From Podarcis bocagei (lineage: Eukaryota), in assembly GCA_964188305.1 (NCBI GenBank), contig OZ076890.1: a DNA stretch of 64,000 bases; one strand, 5' to 3'. The translations under genes were made by a program, and so were the position numbers. The notes beneath the pieces were generated by a model. The model saw only the letters and a list, made by a program, of their open reading frames with translations. It had not been told where the DNA came from and made no database searches. Shown in pieces: positions 62,390-64,000 of this stretch (positions are counted from its first letter, which is position 1; the number at the start of each line of letters is the position of its first letter).

Positions 62390-63495
62390 TGGGATTCAAG
62401 AGGACCTTCATAAATTGGAAATCTGGGCCAAAACTAACAAAATGAATTTCAGTGGGGACAAATGTAAGGTTTTACACTTAAGCAGGAATAACCAGCTGCA
62501 CAAATATAAGACAGTGAACACCTTATATTGTGGAAAGGGTCTACGGGTCTTAGTAGACCACAAGCTTAACATGTTTGATTCTATGAATCACCAGTGTGAT
62601 ATAGCAACAAAAAAAGCTAATGCTACTCTAGTCTAGTCAAAGGTCCATATAGTTAAAGCCATGGTTTTCCCAGTAGTGTTGTATGGAAATGAGAGCTGGA
62701 CCATAAAGAAGGCTGATTGCTGAAGAATTGATGCTTTTGAATTATGGTGTTGGGGGAGACTCTTGAGAGTCCCATGGACTGCAAGATCAAACCTATCCAT
62801 TCTGAAGGAAATCAGCCCTGAGTGCTCACTGGAAGGACAGATCCTGAAGCTGAGGCTCCAATACTTTGGCCACCTCATGAGAAGAGAAGACTCCCTGGAA
62901 AAGACCCTGATGTTGGGAAAGATGGAGGGCACAAGGAGAAGGGGACGACAGAGGACTAGATGGTGGGACAGTGTTCTCGAAGCTACCAGCATGAGTTTGA
63001 CCAAACTGCAGGAGGCAGTGGAAGACAGGAGTGCCTGGCGTGCTCTGGTCCATGGGGTCACAAAGAGTTGGACGCGACTAAATGACTAAACAACAACCTA
63101 GGCTACACCAACAGAGGTATAGTGCCCTGATCAAGGGAAGTAATAGTACCACTCTAGTCTGCCTTGGTCAGATCTCACCTGGAGTACTGCATTCAGTTCT
63201 GGGTCCCACAATTTAAGAAATATACTGACAAGCTGGAACATGCAGAGGAGGGCAACCAAGTTGATCAAGGGTCTGGAAACCAAGCCTTATGAGGAACGGT
63301 TGAGGGAACTGGGTATATTTAGCCTGGAAAAGAGGAGAGTGAGAGGGGTAGGATAGACATGAAAGGAGATTCTGACGAAACGTCAGAAAGAACCTTCTGA
63401 CAGTAAGATCTGTTCATCAGTGGAACAGACTTCCTTGAAAGATGGTGGGCTCTCCTTCAGTTGAGGTTTCGATGGAGAGGTTGGGTGGCCATTTG
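62390..63495 (+). mobile_element. CR1 LINE fragment interrupted by a Bov-B insertion
   Basis: WAKTNKMNFSGDKCKVLHL...LVDHKLNM...KKANA before 62635. CR1 sequence resumes at 63098 (ctaggctacaccaacagaggtatag...LEYC.QFW-like). Confidence 0.9.
62636..63097 (+). mobile_element. Bov-B (RTE) LINE 3' fragment
   Basis: RVPWTARSNLSILKEISPECSLEGQILKLRLQYFGHLMRREDSLEKTLMLGK...WRALVHGVTKSWTRLND with a (caa)n tail. Imperfect TSD ctagtcta/ctaggcta. Confidence 0.95.
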
Positions 63496-64000
63496 CCAGC
63501 CACCACAAATTGACAACAGGCTTTTCTCAGTTCAACAATTCTGGGGGGAAAAGCACAGAATGGGCTTCTTTTCCTAAAAGAAGGGTGAGTACATCTGGAC
63601 TGCATCTTGTGACGGCTCCTCCAACCCACCTCAGGTCCTCTACAAATCTTACGCTAGCCTTTGGTCTTACGTTAGTCATGTCTGCATGTAGGTAATTCAT
63701 GGTTTAACCCTACATGGATGAGCTGAAATGATCCCAAACAAAGTGTTGGGGTTGTTTGCATCCCTTTACCCCAAACTCTTCTTGTGCAGCCGCAAACAGG
63801 ACTTATGCAGAGAGAAGCTTCACTTCCAAAGACCAAGAATCCTGGTTTAAAACAAAAGCTTGGCTTAAAACCACCTTTTATACCAGCTGTGTAGGAGACA
63901 CTGGCCAGTCTATCCCCAAACAAACCCAAGGGGGCAGAACCTTACATATTAAAGTGTGATGAGTAAGTCAAGAGAACCAAAATACTGAATTGAAGCAAAG

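Larger units (their letters stand above)
42375..64000 (-). other. KLF12: KLF12 intron upstream of the exon
   Basis: Ends in the AG acceptor at 42376-42375. No convincing MNIHMKRKTIK exon or CpG-island promoter is visible in the window. Confidence 0.65.

Overview
Vertebrate genomic DNA, not prokaryotic. The repeat complement (Sauria-type SINEs, Bov-B/RTE, CR1, L2, L1, Rex1, TA-site Tc1/mariner MITEs, hAT MITEs) points to a squamate, most likely a lacertid lizard. The only host exon I can recognise is a minus-strand KLF12 exon at 42286-42374, encoding MLMLDGMPAVRVKTELLESEQG. Positions 1-42285 and 42375-64000 are therefore most likely two long KLF12 introns. The recognisable ORF-track ORFs come from transposons; the rest look like chance ORFs. 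Most notable observations: (1) a decayed XPG/FEN1-like nuclease plus Cys-finger coding fossil of Academ type at about 17.8-18.4 kb, missed by the ORF track; (2) the KLF12 exon is 89 nt, with an apparent 1-nt frameshift just upstream of its internal ATG; (3) a MITE family with constant ends but variable GC-rich cargo, including a tandem array of hairpins; (4) two solo LTRs with perfect 5-bp TSDs; (5) a short TSD-bounded RTE-like element; (6) many nested insertions that give a relative chronology. There is a 181-nt assembly gap at 55710-55890. Family assignments come from recalled motifs, not database searches.
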